From the IMG/VR virus record IMGVR_UViG_3300022697_000100, positions 1 through 32,113 of that record: 32,113 bases of DNA; one strand, written 5' to 3'. A program made the translations under genes and the position numbers. The notes under the pieces are model-generated. The model ran no database searches, was not told where the DNA came from, and saw only the letters and a program-made list of their open reading frames with translations. The stretch's first letter is position 1. The number at the start of each line of letters is the position of its first letter. Origin of the DNA: a virus (Duplodnaviria > Caudoviricetes). Below, in pieces: positions 6,155 through 14,271 of the stretch.

Positions 6155-7003
6155 TTAAGTGGTACTTCGGTCAACGTTTGGATTTAATGCCACGGCATCC
6201 TTTGCTACCGCCGACCATTCGTTGCTTTTAAGTTTGGCTACTTCCTTCGTGGTAAAAATACCGCCGCTTGTTGGCGCGAGCTTAATAGATACCGCTTCCT
6301 TATTAGTTAACGAATAGTATGCTTCTGCTGCTGCCAAATAATCACCATCCGCCAGTCTATCTTTAACTTCCTCAATAACTTCCTTATGTCGATAACAGGC
6401 CATACCGTATTTAATCCCGATAGCCTTCCCTTCATCCAATATGCTCTGTATGTATTCTCTTTGTCCGGATGTTTGAGCATCGTCATCTTCATTATCGATG
6501 CATAAATTAAATATCATTTTAATTAGATATCTTTGCCCATACGATGTAGTTGAAGCGGTAGCATGTATGGTCGTTTTATTTACTTTTCCCATTATCCCGG
6601 CCTGATCCAAAGGCAGATCAAAATGATATTTCTTTACATGCCCTTTCTCATGCATAACATCGCAGATAATCCGTATATAGCTATCCATTAGGGCTTCTTC
6701 AGTGCCAAACGAAAGAGAAAACCCATGCATTGTATACACTGGGGTAACTTGCTCATTAATAGCCCCCAGATCCGCATACATGCTGCCTGTCTGCTTATTC
6801 TCCTTAGTCTTGATGATTTTAGGCATCTCTGATTGAGCGAGCCTCATAGCCTTGTTGTAAGCTTGCTCCGCTTCAGATTTCATTATCCGTTCTTGAAGAT
6901 CCATCAGCTTGGTCAATGCGTCAGGATCAGCCCCTTTTTCTACAGCAGACTCCAATATAGAAAATACATTAAAGTCTTTCACTGTTTGTATTTCGTTTTC
7001 CAT
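6155..7003 (-). CDS. erf: ERF-superfamily single-strand annealing protein
   Basis: YADL..I..V.P....HGFS segment and ASTTSYGQRY (GSxxTYxxRY-like) motif. Confidence 0.85.
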   Translation of the reverse strand: MENEIQTVKDFNVFSILESAVEKGADPDALTKLMDLQERIMKSEAEQAYNKAMRLAQSEMPKIIKTKENKQTGSMYADLGAINEQVTPVYTMHGFSLSFGTEEALMDSYIRIICDVMHEKGHVKKYHFDLPLDQAGIMGKVNKTTIHATASTTSYGQRYLIKMIFNLCIDNEDDDAQTSGQREYIQSILDEGKAIGIKYGMACYRHKEVIEEVKDRLADGDYLAAAEAYYSLTNKEAVSIKLAPTSGGIFTTKEVAKLKSNEWSAVAKDAVALNPNVDRSTT

Positions 7004-7011
7004 AGTAGCCC

Positions 7012-8061
7012 CTAATATTTAATTGATACGTTTGAGATAATCCCTTTGGCGATAGCTATAACAACATCTTTTGCCTGTTCTTTATTTAGCCCAATAGCCA
7101 TAAAATCCTTTATGCACTGATTGTTAATTTTCGCGCAGTGACGCTTATTAGCCTCGCGCTTTTCTTGAGCTTCTTTGTCAGCTTTGGCCTGCTGCTCCAC
7201 ACGATCTTTTTCTTGCTGTACCGCTAATTCTGTATCACGTATAGCTTGCTGCTTTAGCGCTTCTTCACGTCTTTCTGCCGCTGCTTTTTCGTCAATTAAA
7301 CGCTGCTCAGCGTCCTCCTTTTCCTTTTTTTCTGTGGATATTTTGTCGGCGGCATCCTGTTCTGCTTTTACTCTAGCCTCTTCAGCGACACGTTCAGCTT
7401 CTTCCTTTGCTTCTTTGGCGGCTAGATCAACACGTTCCTGCTGCGCCCTTTCAGCGGCCTCAGCTTGTAATCTCAATAGCTCCGCCTTCTCCGCGTCTGC
7501 TTTTTCTTGCATCGAAAGAAGCCCGGACAATTTGAGAACAACTTCGTCCTTTCTCATTCGGGCCATTTCTTCCATTTCCATTAGGGTGTCGTCTATGGGG
7601 AATTTGAAGGCGGTGGCGAGCAGTGATCTAATGTCAGCTGCGGACATGTCGCCAACTGATATTGCTATAATCCCGCCCTTGAAAGGATCGATATCGTTGA
7701 CGCGCTTTAGAATGAAGTCTTTGCGTTTTTTTTCGTCGGCTTCCCATTTAGTTAAAGGCGAGCGAATATCTTCTTCTAGGGCGTCCAGGTAATCCCGTGC
7801 GCGCTTCCCTTCAGCGTCGGCTATTTTTGGTTGCCGCTTTAGGTCTGTTACATATTCTTTCCGTATGCCGTCAATATACGTTTTGGAGCGCTTGATTTTG
7901 TAGCACAGCGTCGCTATCTCCTTGCGGCTTTTGTCTGTACTAAGGTCCGGCACAAATGACCGGGCCTTTTCATTGATGCTCGCCAAAATCCCCGATAGCC
8001 CATCAGCCACAAATACTTCAATAGGGTTTATTTTTTCCTGCGTTATTAGTGTTTTTTCCAT
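7012..8061 (-). CDS. conserved phage coiled-coil protein (E/K/A-rich)
   Basis: N-terminal VPDLST.K.RKEIA..KI.RSKT motif and long charged coiled coil; commonly next to phage recombinases. Confidence 0.8.
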   Translation of the reverse strand: MEKTLITQEKINPIEVFVADGLSGILASINEKARSFVPDLSTDKSRKEIATLCYKIKRSKTYIDGIRKEYVTDLKRQPKIADAEGKRARDYLDALEEDIRSPLTKWEADEKKRKDFILKRVNDIDPFKGGIIAISVGDMSAADIRSLLATAFKFPIDDTLMEMEEMARMRKDEVVLKLSGLLSMQEKADAEKAELLRLQAEAAERAQQERVDLAAKEAKEEAERVAEEARVKAEQDAADKISTEKKEKEDAEQRLIDEKAAAERREEALKQQAIRDTELAVQQEKDRVEQQAKADKEAQEKREANKRHCAKINNQCIKDFMAIGLNKEQAKDVVIAIAKGIISNVSIKY

Positions 8062-8071
8062 GATTTCTCCG

Positions 8072-8284
8072 TTATCTAAGATTAATAGTCTCTTTGTAAA
8101 CCAGCTTGATAATTACATCGCTGATCGTTCGGCCTAATTTTCTGCCAAAATATGTGTAGAATCCTTTTTCGTATAAAAGAAGTGACGGGGCATAACCTAG
8201 CTTGCACATGGTTCTTTTAAGTATTTCCCGCTGATATTTAAACTGCTCAATACAAGATACTTTTCTGTCTAGTTCGATTATCAT
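8072..8284 (-). CDS. hypothetical protein
   Basis: ATGA-coupled ORF in the operon. Confidence 0.6.
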   Translation of the reverse strand: MIIELDRKVSCIEQFKYQREILKRTMCKLGYAPSLLLYEKGFYTYFGRKLGRTISDVIIKLVYKETINLR

Positions 8285-8655
8285 GACTTCTTCTCATCAT
8301 TCAGCACCATCCGCATATCTCGTGTCATAGCACACAACATCCGTCTGGACTTCTCGATTTCTTTTGGCTCCCTTTCTATCGTGATAGCGTAGAAATAATC
8401 CTCGGCATATTCGGTTAGCGTATGAGCAGCTCCATCTAGGTTGGATATGTGACCCAGCGCGGCACACACTATTTCCCATGAGTTTCCGTACGGCATTAAC
8501 GCAAGCATCCTTTTAAGGTCGGCGACCGGCTTTATGTCAGTTGAGTGCGGTAACGAATAAGGGGGTATCTCTGGCTTGGTAATTTTCGTTTTGAATCCCA
8601 TTATCAGTTTACCTAACGTAATCATCTCTGGGGGTAAGTTGTTTGCTTCTTTCAT
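8281..8655 (-). CDS. hypothetical protein, first gene of the leftward operon
   Basis: GGAG RBS before ATG at 8655; no repressor features. Confidence 0.7.
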   Translation of the reverse strand: MKEANNLPPEMITLGKLIMGFKTKITKPEIPPYSLPHSTDIKPVADLKRMLALMPYGNSWEIVCAALGHISNLDGAAHTLTEYAEDYFYAITIEREPKEIEKSRRMLCAMTRDMRMVLNDEKKS

Positions 8656-8688
8656 TTGAATCTCCGGTGTTTGTGTAGTTGATGACAA

Positions 8689-8718
8689 ATAATAGCAAGT
8701 AACTTACTGACTTGTCAA
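8689..8718 (-). promoter_or_regulatory. leftward early promoter
   Basis: TTGACA-18 bp-TATTAT with TGn. Confidence 0.75.
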
Positions 8719-8741
8719 GGCGATCACTGTAAGTTTTATAC

Positions 8742-8770
8742 TTGCATTGCAATTAATCCACTGCTATTAT
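8742..8770 (+). promoter_or_regulatory. rightward promoter
   Basis: TTGCAT-17 bp-TATTAT with TGn; predicted +1 falls at the ATG at 8778. Confidence 0.7.
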
Positions 8771-8777
8771 TGATCAC

Positions 8778-9044
8778 ATGAATAAATTATCTGAAAAACA
8801 AAGGGAAATACAGATCGCTGCTATTAATAGAGTGGTTAAATCAGTCGGCGGTAGGACAGCGCTATCTAAGGTTGTCTCTAAGAACACTGGGGAGGACTTT
8901 AAGGCGTATAGGATAGATGACTACCTTAAGCAGAGTATGCCGCCGCCTGGAGCTTGGGCGCTGTATATCGCAGCAGACAGAAGGGTTCCTTTGCATTTAT
9001 TAGATCCGCTTAACTATGACAAAAAGAAAGTGAGGCCAGTATGA
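8778..9044 (+). CDS. Cro/YdaS-like HTH regulator
   Basis: AINRVVKSVGGRTALSKVV...VPLHLLDP pattern; first gene after the divergent promoter. Confidence 0.7.
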   Translation: MNKLSEKQREIQIAAINRVVKSVGGRTALSKVVSKNTGEDFKAYRIDDYLKQSMPPPGAWALYIAADRRVPLHLLDPLNYDKKKVRPV

Positions 9045-9280
9045 CAAAGAAAAAGACAATCACAATGAGGGTGTCAGTCCATCCGATCAAAGCCAATCTC
9101 TGGAAGCAGGGTATTTTAGGTAAAATTAAGCCAGACATGTCTCTACGCCAAATCGGGGCTTTGATAGGAGAGAATAGGGCGCAGGTAATACAGCATCACT
9201 TGCAGAAAATGGTAGCCATGGGTTCAATTGATATTGTTCGCGGGCAATATATTTTTCCTAAATCAGACGGCAAGGAGTGA
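9041..9280 (+). CDS. LexA-like winged-helix DNA-binding protein without peptidase domain
   Basis: SLRQIGALIG....QVIQHHLQKMVAMGSI resembles LexA DBD helices 2-3. Confidence 0.65.
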   Translation: MTKKKTITMRVSVHPIKANLWKQGILGKIKPDMSLRQIGALIGENRAQVIQHHLQKMVAMGSIDIVRGQYIFPKSDGKE

Positions 9281-9287
9281 GGCCAGT

Positions 9288-9482
9288 ATGAGCGACACAA
9301 ATAAAAAATTAACGCTCGGTTATTTTCGAGATATCACTAAAGATTTACCAGACTCAACATTAATAACAGAAGGTGATTATGACGAGTCAAATTTAACGTC
9401 GTTTGAAAAACAGCTAGTAAGAGACGCGCAATTCGTAAAATTCATACCTACGAGGGTTTTGCAAGAATCTGAGGATGAGTAG
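9288..9482 (+). CDS. hypothetical protein
   Basis: GAGG RBS, ATG at 9288. Confidence 0.7.
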   Translation: MSDTNKKLTLGYFRDITKDLPDSTLITEGDYDESNLTSFEKQLVRDAQFVKFIPTRVLQESEDE

Positions 9483-9516
9483 CAAGGGGAATCGGGGCAA
9501 TTAGTGGAGTACAGCC

Positions 9517-9753
9517 GTGAAATCAGAAATTATTTATATAGGCGAGGCAGGAAAGGATCAGTTCGGGCATTACAGGGTAAATGTTAGATGCACAGGAAAC
9601 GAAGAAGGATGTCGGAACGAGTACACGATAGACAGGCAGGCGCTTAAATTTCAACTAACCTGCGGGCCTTGTTGCCGAGAAAGGAAAAAGCGGCCCAAGG
9701 TTGATCTTCGTGATGACTTTGAAGCAAATACTATGGCGAATATGAAATGGTAA
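9517..9753 (+). CDS. Cys-rich hypothetical protein
   Basis: GTG start with GGAG; C..C..CGPCC. Confidence 0.7.
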   Translation: MKSEIIYIGEAGKDQFGHYRVNVRCTGNEEGCRNEYTIDRQALKFQLTCGPCCRERKKRPKVDLRDDFEANTMANMKW

Positions 9754-9766
9754 AGGGGATAATACA

Positions 9767-10069
9767 ATGAATTGCTACATATGCGACATAAACAGCGGTG
9801 ACGAAAATCACTGCGAAACATGCAGGTTTGAAGTATACCCAATTCAGGAATGGATGGAGGAGGCCACTGGCGATCCAATGTGGACTGGAAGCAATATCCC
9901 GTTTTTGGAAATCAATAAGGATCACTCTAAAATGATTAGCGGGTTTATCGCTGGCGGGCAAATGCCGTTTAAATTGATAGATATAGGTGCCGGGCTTGGT
10001 TGTCTTACAAGATTGGTTAGGGCTGATGTTCCTGAATTTACGTATCTGCCATTCAAAATGGTCAAATAA
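9767..10069 (+). CDS. hypothetical protein with N-terminal CxxC-CxxC
   Basis: ORF with AGGGG RBS. Confidence 0.65.
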   Translation: MNCYICDINSGDENHCETCRFEVYPIQEWMEEATGDPMWTGSNIPFLEINKDHSKMISGFIAGGQMPFKLIDIGAGLGCLTRLVRADVPEFTYLPFKMVK

Positions 10070-10103
10070 AATGGAGTTAACCGCGGCACAAGGGAGTCAA
10101 TCA

Positions 10104-10259
10104 ATGAGTTACTTAATGTTGTGTGAGCACAAAAACACAAAAATGAAACTGACTTCTTGGGCGACATGGTGCAAAGGGCGTCATAACCAAGGATTTATTT
10201 ATAAGATGTGCTGCAAGACATGCGGCGCAATAGTGAACAAGAGAGCCGGTAAGGATTAA
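10104..10259 (+). CDS. small Zn-ribbon protein (CxH..CxxC)
   Basis: GGGAG RBS; CEHK...CKTCG. Confidence 0.6.
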   Translation: MSYLMLCEHKNTKMKLTSWATWCKGRHNQGFIYKMCCKTCGAIVNKRAGKD

Positions 10260-10280
10260 CATGTCATTCAGAATGATCTT

Positions 10281-10511
10281 ATGAAAGGAATCCTTACCCT
10301 GTTTTATGGATTCATTCTATTCTTGTTCGGAGGCGCTATATTTCAAATAATAGAGAGCAATGAAATGGAATCAAATGGTTATGACTGCAAGATAAAACAG
10401 ATAAAGACAGGGCCACTATCTCATAACATAAGTAAATTCTACTACTGCAAAAAGAACGATGAATTAGTAGTAGTAGGATTTTACGGGAGGCACTTATCTC
10501 TTTCAGAATGA
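10281..10511 (+). CDS. small membrane-anchored protein
   Basis: N-terminal hydrophobic helix; ATGA coupling at both ends; flanked by a 12-bp direct repeat. Confidence 0.7.
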   Translation: MKGILTLFYGFILFLFGGAIFQIIESNEMESNGYDCKIKQIKTGPLSHNISKFYYCKKNDELVVVGFYGRHLSLSE

Positions 10512-10912
10512 TCAAGAACGCAGGCAAGTTGGGGCCGTATGCAGAGGAGGATAGACAGGCGTTCTCAGCCTATGCAGATGGTACGGTGTTTGAGGTTGGG
10601 GATGGGAAGGAAGATCGGCAGAGGACTATCCCGCAAAACAACTCTATGTATCTGTATGAACGACGACTAGCTAATGATTTAAATGATTCCGGGCAAGAAA
10701 TAAAACGGGTAATCGAAAAGAAGTCTCAAGATGTCCCGTGGAGACAAGAATCGATACATTGCTTGATTTGGGTCCCGGTACAAGAGGCGATAATACAAGA
10801 AGTATCGTCAACAAAGCTTACTACAGTAAATATGACCAGAGTATACAACGTTGTCAGTAGAAATATGTCGCAGCTATTTGGTGTTAATACTGAATGGCCT
10901 AGTAACCGATAG
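10508..10912 (+). CDS. ninB: NinB/Orf-like recombination accessory protein
   Basis: RTIPQN motif, SSTKLT..M and C-terminal GV..WP characteristic of the NinB family. Confidence 0.7.
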   Translation: MIKNAGKLGPYAEEDRQAFSAYADGTVFEVGDGKEDRQRTIPQNNSMYLYERRLANDLNDSGQEIKRVIEKKSQDVPWRQESIHCLIWVPVQEAIIQEVSSTKLTTVNMTRVYNVVSRNMSQLFGVNTEWPSNR

Positions 10913-10921
10913 GAAATTAAA

Positions 10922-11137
10922 ATGTGGCATTATCGAGTAATAGAAACCACCAAAGGCAGCGATACATTTCTCGGAATACATGTGGTTCACTATGATGATG
11001 ATGGCTGGGTTGAGTACGTGGCAGAAAATCCGGCTAAGATTATCTGGACGGCGGCCGATGGTGACGGTAAAGAGATTCTAAAAATGATGGCGTTAGCATT
11101 CGATAAGCCCGTATTGAAAGCGAGCGATTTTGAATAG
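10922..11137 (+). CDS. conserved phage hypothetical protein
   Basis: MWHYRVI...IHVVHYDDDG...AFDKPVL pattern. Confidence 0.8.
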   Translation: MWHYRVIETTKGSDTFLGIHVVHYDDDGWVEYVAENPAKIIWTAADGDGKEILKMMALAFDKPVLKASDFE

Positions 11138-11161
11138 ATGGGTAACCGATAAGGGGATTGT

Positions 11162-11392
11162 ATGAGGTATTTTGTATTTTACTACATTTACACCGATGAA
11201 TATAACAGACAAGGCTGCGGGTTTATTCCTCTAGTTAAACCCAAAGGGTTTCCGTCGAGCAAAGAAATCAGGAAAGAAGTAAGGCATTGCGCTGTAGCTA
11301 GCGAAGTAGTTCTAACAGGATTCAACGAGTTCAAAAGCGAGCAAGACTATTTGGATTTCACGGGCAAGGCTGTTAAGGAGCTAGGGGAATGA
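11162..11392 (+). CDS. hypothetical protein
   Basis: AAGGGG RBS; operon context. Confidence 0.75.
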   Translation: MRYFVFYYIYTDEYNRQGCGFIPLVKPKGFPSSKEIRKEVRHCAVASEVVLTGFNEFKSEQDYLDFTGKAVKELGE

Positions 11393-11622
11393 GTGGCGAA
11401 ATGAGAATGAAGCGAATCGAAAGATTGCTTGATGATTTAAGATATGAGGTGGAGCGTGGGTTTATGGAAAATGAAATCGAGGAATGCATCGGCTTTGAAT
11501 TTATTGTACCTGTGAGCCGAAAAATAACGAATGGTATGATTTTATGTAGATTTGAGACCAAGCCAATAGATGCTAGGTACGCGGCACTACAACCCCGTAA
11601 ACTAAAATTAGTTAAGAAATGA
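11389..11622 (+). CDS. hypothetical protein
   Basis: ATGA-coupled ORF. Confidence 0.75.
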   Translation: MSGEMRMKRIERLLDDLRYEVERGFMENEIEECIGFEFIVPVSRKITNGMILCRFETKPIDARYAALQPRKLKLVKK

Positions 11623-11825
11623 GTAACCACAGCCAATGCAGAGTTAATTGTGGCGGGACTGATTGCCCGGTTCTCGCATACGCCATTCCTGTTTATGATT
11701 ACAAGGAATCTGCAATCATGCGTATTAAATTACAGCCATTTTTTGGAAGCTTGGTTGCAGCAGAACCTAAAACATGCCGGGTCACATTACACACAATGGT
11801 AACGACTCATAACTATGACTCATAA
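11619..11825 (+). CDS. hypothetical protein
   Basis: ATGA-coupled ORF. Confidence 0.5.
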   Translation: MSNHSQCRVNCGGTDCPVLAYAIPVYDYKESAIMRIKLQPFFGSLVAAEPKTCRVTLHTMVTTHNYDS

Positions 11826-12006
11826 AACGGACATAATCACCGCCAAGCCCGTGTATTGCCGCGACTGCGAGTTTTTCAGCTTAGAGCCACCCAGCCCAGA
11901 CTTGGGAGTGTGTTCGGAGAAGGTTGGGAGTCACCCATTTAAGTTCAAGGACGATATGAAGGTGTGTGAGACGTTTGAGGTCAAGCAAGATGAAGTCGAT
12001 TCTTAG
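11815..12006 (+). CDS. Cys-rich small protein
   Basis: CRDCEFF..GVC..C.TF motif. Confidence 0.7.
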   Translation: MTHKTDIITAKPVYCRDCEFFSLEPPSPDLGVCSEKVGSHPFKFKDDMKVCETFEVKQDEVDS

Positions 12007-12190
12007 ATCCTGGAATGGCTCGGCTATCCAAGCGTGTCTTTTCAAGCAGGGTAGTCAGTATGGTTTTTGGTTCCGTATTTTGGGCCATGGTGTTTCTATA
12101 TCTAATCAGACGCTGTTGTTTTCTGAGCGTGAAGGGATTACGAAAGTGTTACGGATATTTAATATTAAAATTAAGAGGCTAAAACCATAA
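11990..12190 (+). CDS. hypothetical protein
   Basis: FWFRI.GHG.SI..LFSEREG pattern; last rightward gene. Confidence 0.65.
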   Translation: MKSILRSWNGSAIQACLFKQGSQYGFWFRILGHGVSISNQTLLFSEREGITKVLRIFNIKIKRLKP

Positions 12191-12193
12191 GGG

Positions 12194-12496
12194 CTAGCAC
12201 CCGTCAGAACCTGGCGACACATGGCGAATACGCTCGCACTGCTTTGCAATAGAAACTTTAATATCACTAATATCTAAACCTAGATTTCCAATGCCAGCAC
12301 TGTGTATTTTCAACATATCGGCGTTAATGGCCTGCTTGGTTATCGTCCCATTAATGTCTAAGCGCATGTCGATCAAAGTATCATTTAAATTACTAAAAGA
12401 AGTTAAAGCAAATGTTGATACTATAGACATAATCGCGATAGCTAGCGACATCAAGCCAGGAATAAGGTACTTCTCGTATTTGTTTTTATTGGCCAT
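12194..12496 (-). CDS. membrane protein with coiled coil (possible holin/lysis accessory)
   Basis: One hydrophobic helix followed by heptads; TAATG-coupled to the tailspike. Confidence 0.55.
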   Translation of the reverse strand: MANKNKYEKYLIPGLMSLAIAIMSIVSTFALTSFSNLNDTLIDMRLDINGTITKQAINADMLKIHSAGIGNLGLDISDIKVSIAKQCERIRHVSPGSDGC

Positions 12497-14271
12497 TACA
12501 CTACCGTTCGACTGATTTCTGTCCACACCTGGTCAACAAACATATATAAAAATAATGTATCGCCAGCAGTCATCACGTAGTTTGCCTGACCTGAAAGTTC
12601 AATTACCCCATTGGTGTGAGTGATCGTAATGCTCCCAATGGCCTCTAAAAACAATGACTGACCTAATGTTCCGCTATCTAAATCCGTTATTGTTGTTGTG
12701 CCGTCCAACCTGTATGCGTTTGCATCACCCACATCGGGAGTTGCATCCCCTGACGTTGTTGTAAGTACCTGATTGTTTAAAATACGATTATTAGTGCTAA
12801 TGTCGCCAGTAACATCTACATTGATTTTATTGCCCGCAGGATGTCGAAACTGCACAATCCCTGCAATAGCAGAAGATCCTTCGTCCGATATTTCTAAAAT
12901 ATGATTGGTGGCAGTACTAACGTCCGTTATTAAAAACGGATTAGGATTTGTTAAATTATTCCTGTCTTGTATAGTTAAATCTTCAGCATACAAGTGTCTG
13001 TAGTGCCATTTGTTTTGTCCGGCTTCGTTGTAAGAAAAAATAGTATTAAAGTTGCCAATACCTCCTACGTCTGTAATATTTCCCTCAATTATTGTGACAA
13101 AATTACCTTGTGCGGAAGCGGTTAATAGAGACGCGCTACCATTGCTTTCAGCATAGATCGTGATATGGTTTCTATCGTCATTAATGGAGACACCTACCCC
13201 AGTATTATTTTGAGCGGTAATCATTGTTGCATGATTCGACACGCCAGCCTCTAGGTTAAAACCAATTAAAGCATTGCTGCGAGTGTCTACATTAATATAC
13301 AAACACGCATTGGCACTTACTGCCGGTTCCGCTGTTAATGATTCGTGCCGCCATCCGTCACCGCCGTTTGCTGATGTTTGTATGTCTACATATCGACCTA
13401 AATTTCCAGACCTTACTATGCCGCCGTGAGAGCCATGATTTATCGTGGCAATACGCTGCATCACTATCCTATGCCCGGTATAGACCTCTATTCCTATACC
13501 TCCATTACCTGAATCTCCATTACTGGTAAATTCTTCGTATCTGGCACCATCCCCATCGGTAATTCGTATGCCTGTGAAATTACCGTTTTTTAAGAAAGTA
13601 ACCCCAGAACGACTATCTCCTAGAATGTCCACAGCAGCATCCCATACAAGCTGTGCAGTGTGGTAATACGTGCCGCGCTCAAAGGTTAGCTTTTTAGTCC
13701 CGCCAGCCGCTTTAGCGGCATCGTAACCATTGTTAAGATAGACGCTTAAATTTGTGGTTCCTGTGCCGTCCATGATGCCGCTAATTAAGCTGGTTAGAAT
13801 ATACCTAAATGCATTCGTTGGAGGGTATTCAAAACTTTCAGGCGTAACGCCGGCCGTTACTTCTGCGGCTGTTCTTGGGTAGAAAACTAAGTGGAACCCT
13901 AAAGTTCCGTTATCTGTAGCGGTTGAGGCAAGGTCTGCTCTTAGCAGTGATACTGCCGCCGATGTTTGGTGTGCCAATATTGACCAAATAACAACACCTG
14001 CCGAGTCTTTCAAATAAATATCATATGAAATTCCGTCAGTGCCATATATTGATACCGCAACACCACCGTCGGATTCCGGTTCGCCTCTTGTATTTAAAGA
14101 TAAAGGGTTATCGTTAGCTGTTAGCCCGCCATAATCAGTGAAGGTCGTTCCATCCGCGTCATCTTGAGGTGATCCGGCTAGATTAAACGTTAATGTCCCA
14201 GCCGTTTGGGGTGCGCCTGTTAAATCCCCCCACTGTGGTTTGGGGTTGCCTAGTAATGCACTAACGGTCAT
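12496..14271 (-). CDS. tailspike / receptor-binding protein with right-handed beta-helix
   Basis: N-terminal particle-binding-like domain; Gly/Asn-rich pectate-lyase-like repeats (NGGDG, NTGVG). Confidence 0.8.
   Translation of the reverse strand: MTVSALLGNPKPQWGDLTGAPQTAGTLTFNLAGSPQDDADGTTFTDYGGLTANDNPLSLNTRGEPESDGGVAVSIYGTDGISYDIYLKDSAGVVIWSILAHQTSAAVSLLRADLASTATDNGTLGFHLVFYPRTAAEVTAGVTPESFEYPPTNAFRYILTSLISGIMDGTGTTNLSVYLNNGYDAAKAAGGTKKLTFERGTYYHTAQLVWDAAVDILGDSRSGVTFLKNGNFTGIRITDGDGARYEEFTSNGDSGNGGIGIEVYTGHRIVMQRIATINHGSHGGIVRSGNLGRYVDIQTSANGGDGWRHESLTAEPAVSANACLYINVDTRSNALIGFNLEAGVSNHATMITAQNNTGVGVSINDDRNHITIYAESNGSASLLTASAQGNFVTIIEGNITDVGGIGNFNTIFSYNEAGQNKWHYRHLYAEDLTIQDRNNLTNPNPFLITDVSTATNHILEISDEGSSAIAGIVQFRHPAGNKINVDVTGDISTNNRILNNQVLTTTSGDATPDVGDANAYRLDGTTTITDLDSGTLGQSLFLEAIGSITITHTNGVIELSGQANYVMTAGDTLFLYMFVDQVWTEISRTVV

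Noticed and set aside
7175-7792. 205-aa + strand ORF and similar long shadow ORFs opposite structural genes (e.g. 14919-15356, 24304-24666, 29776-30195)
   Set aside because: Antisense shadows of real genes caused by codon bias; Ser/Ala-rich, no RBS.
8727-8742. SOS box in the divergent promoter
   Set aside because: CTGT-N8 is followed by TACT rather than ACAG.
11804-11825. Tandem GACTCATAA duplication at a gene junction
   Set aside because: Only 9 bp with a 4-bp spacer and no cargo; could be a cassette scar but is too weak to claim.
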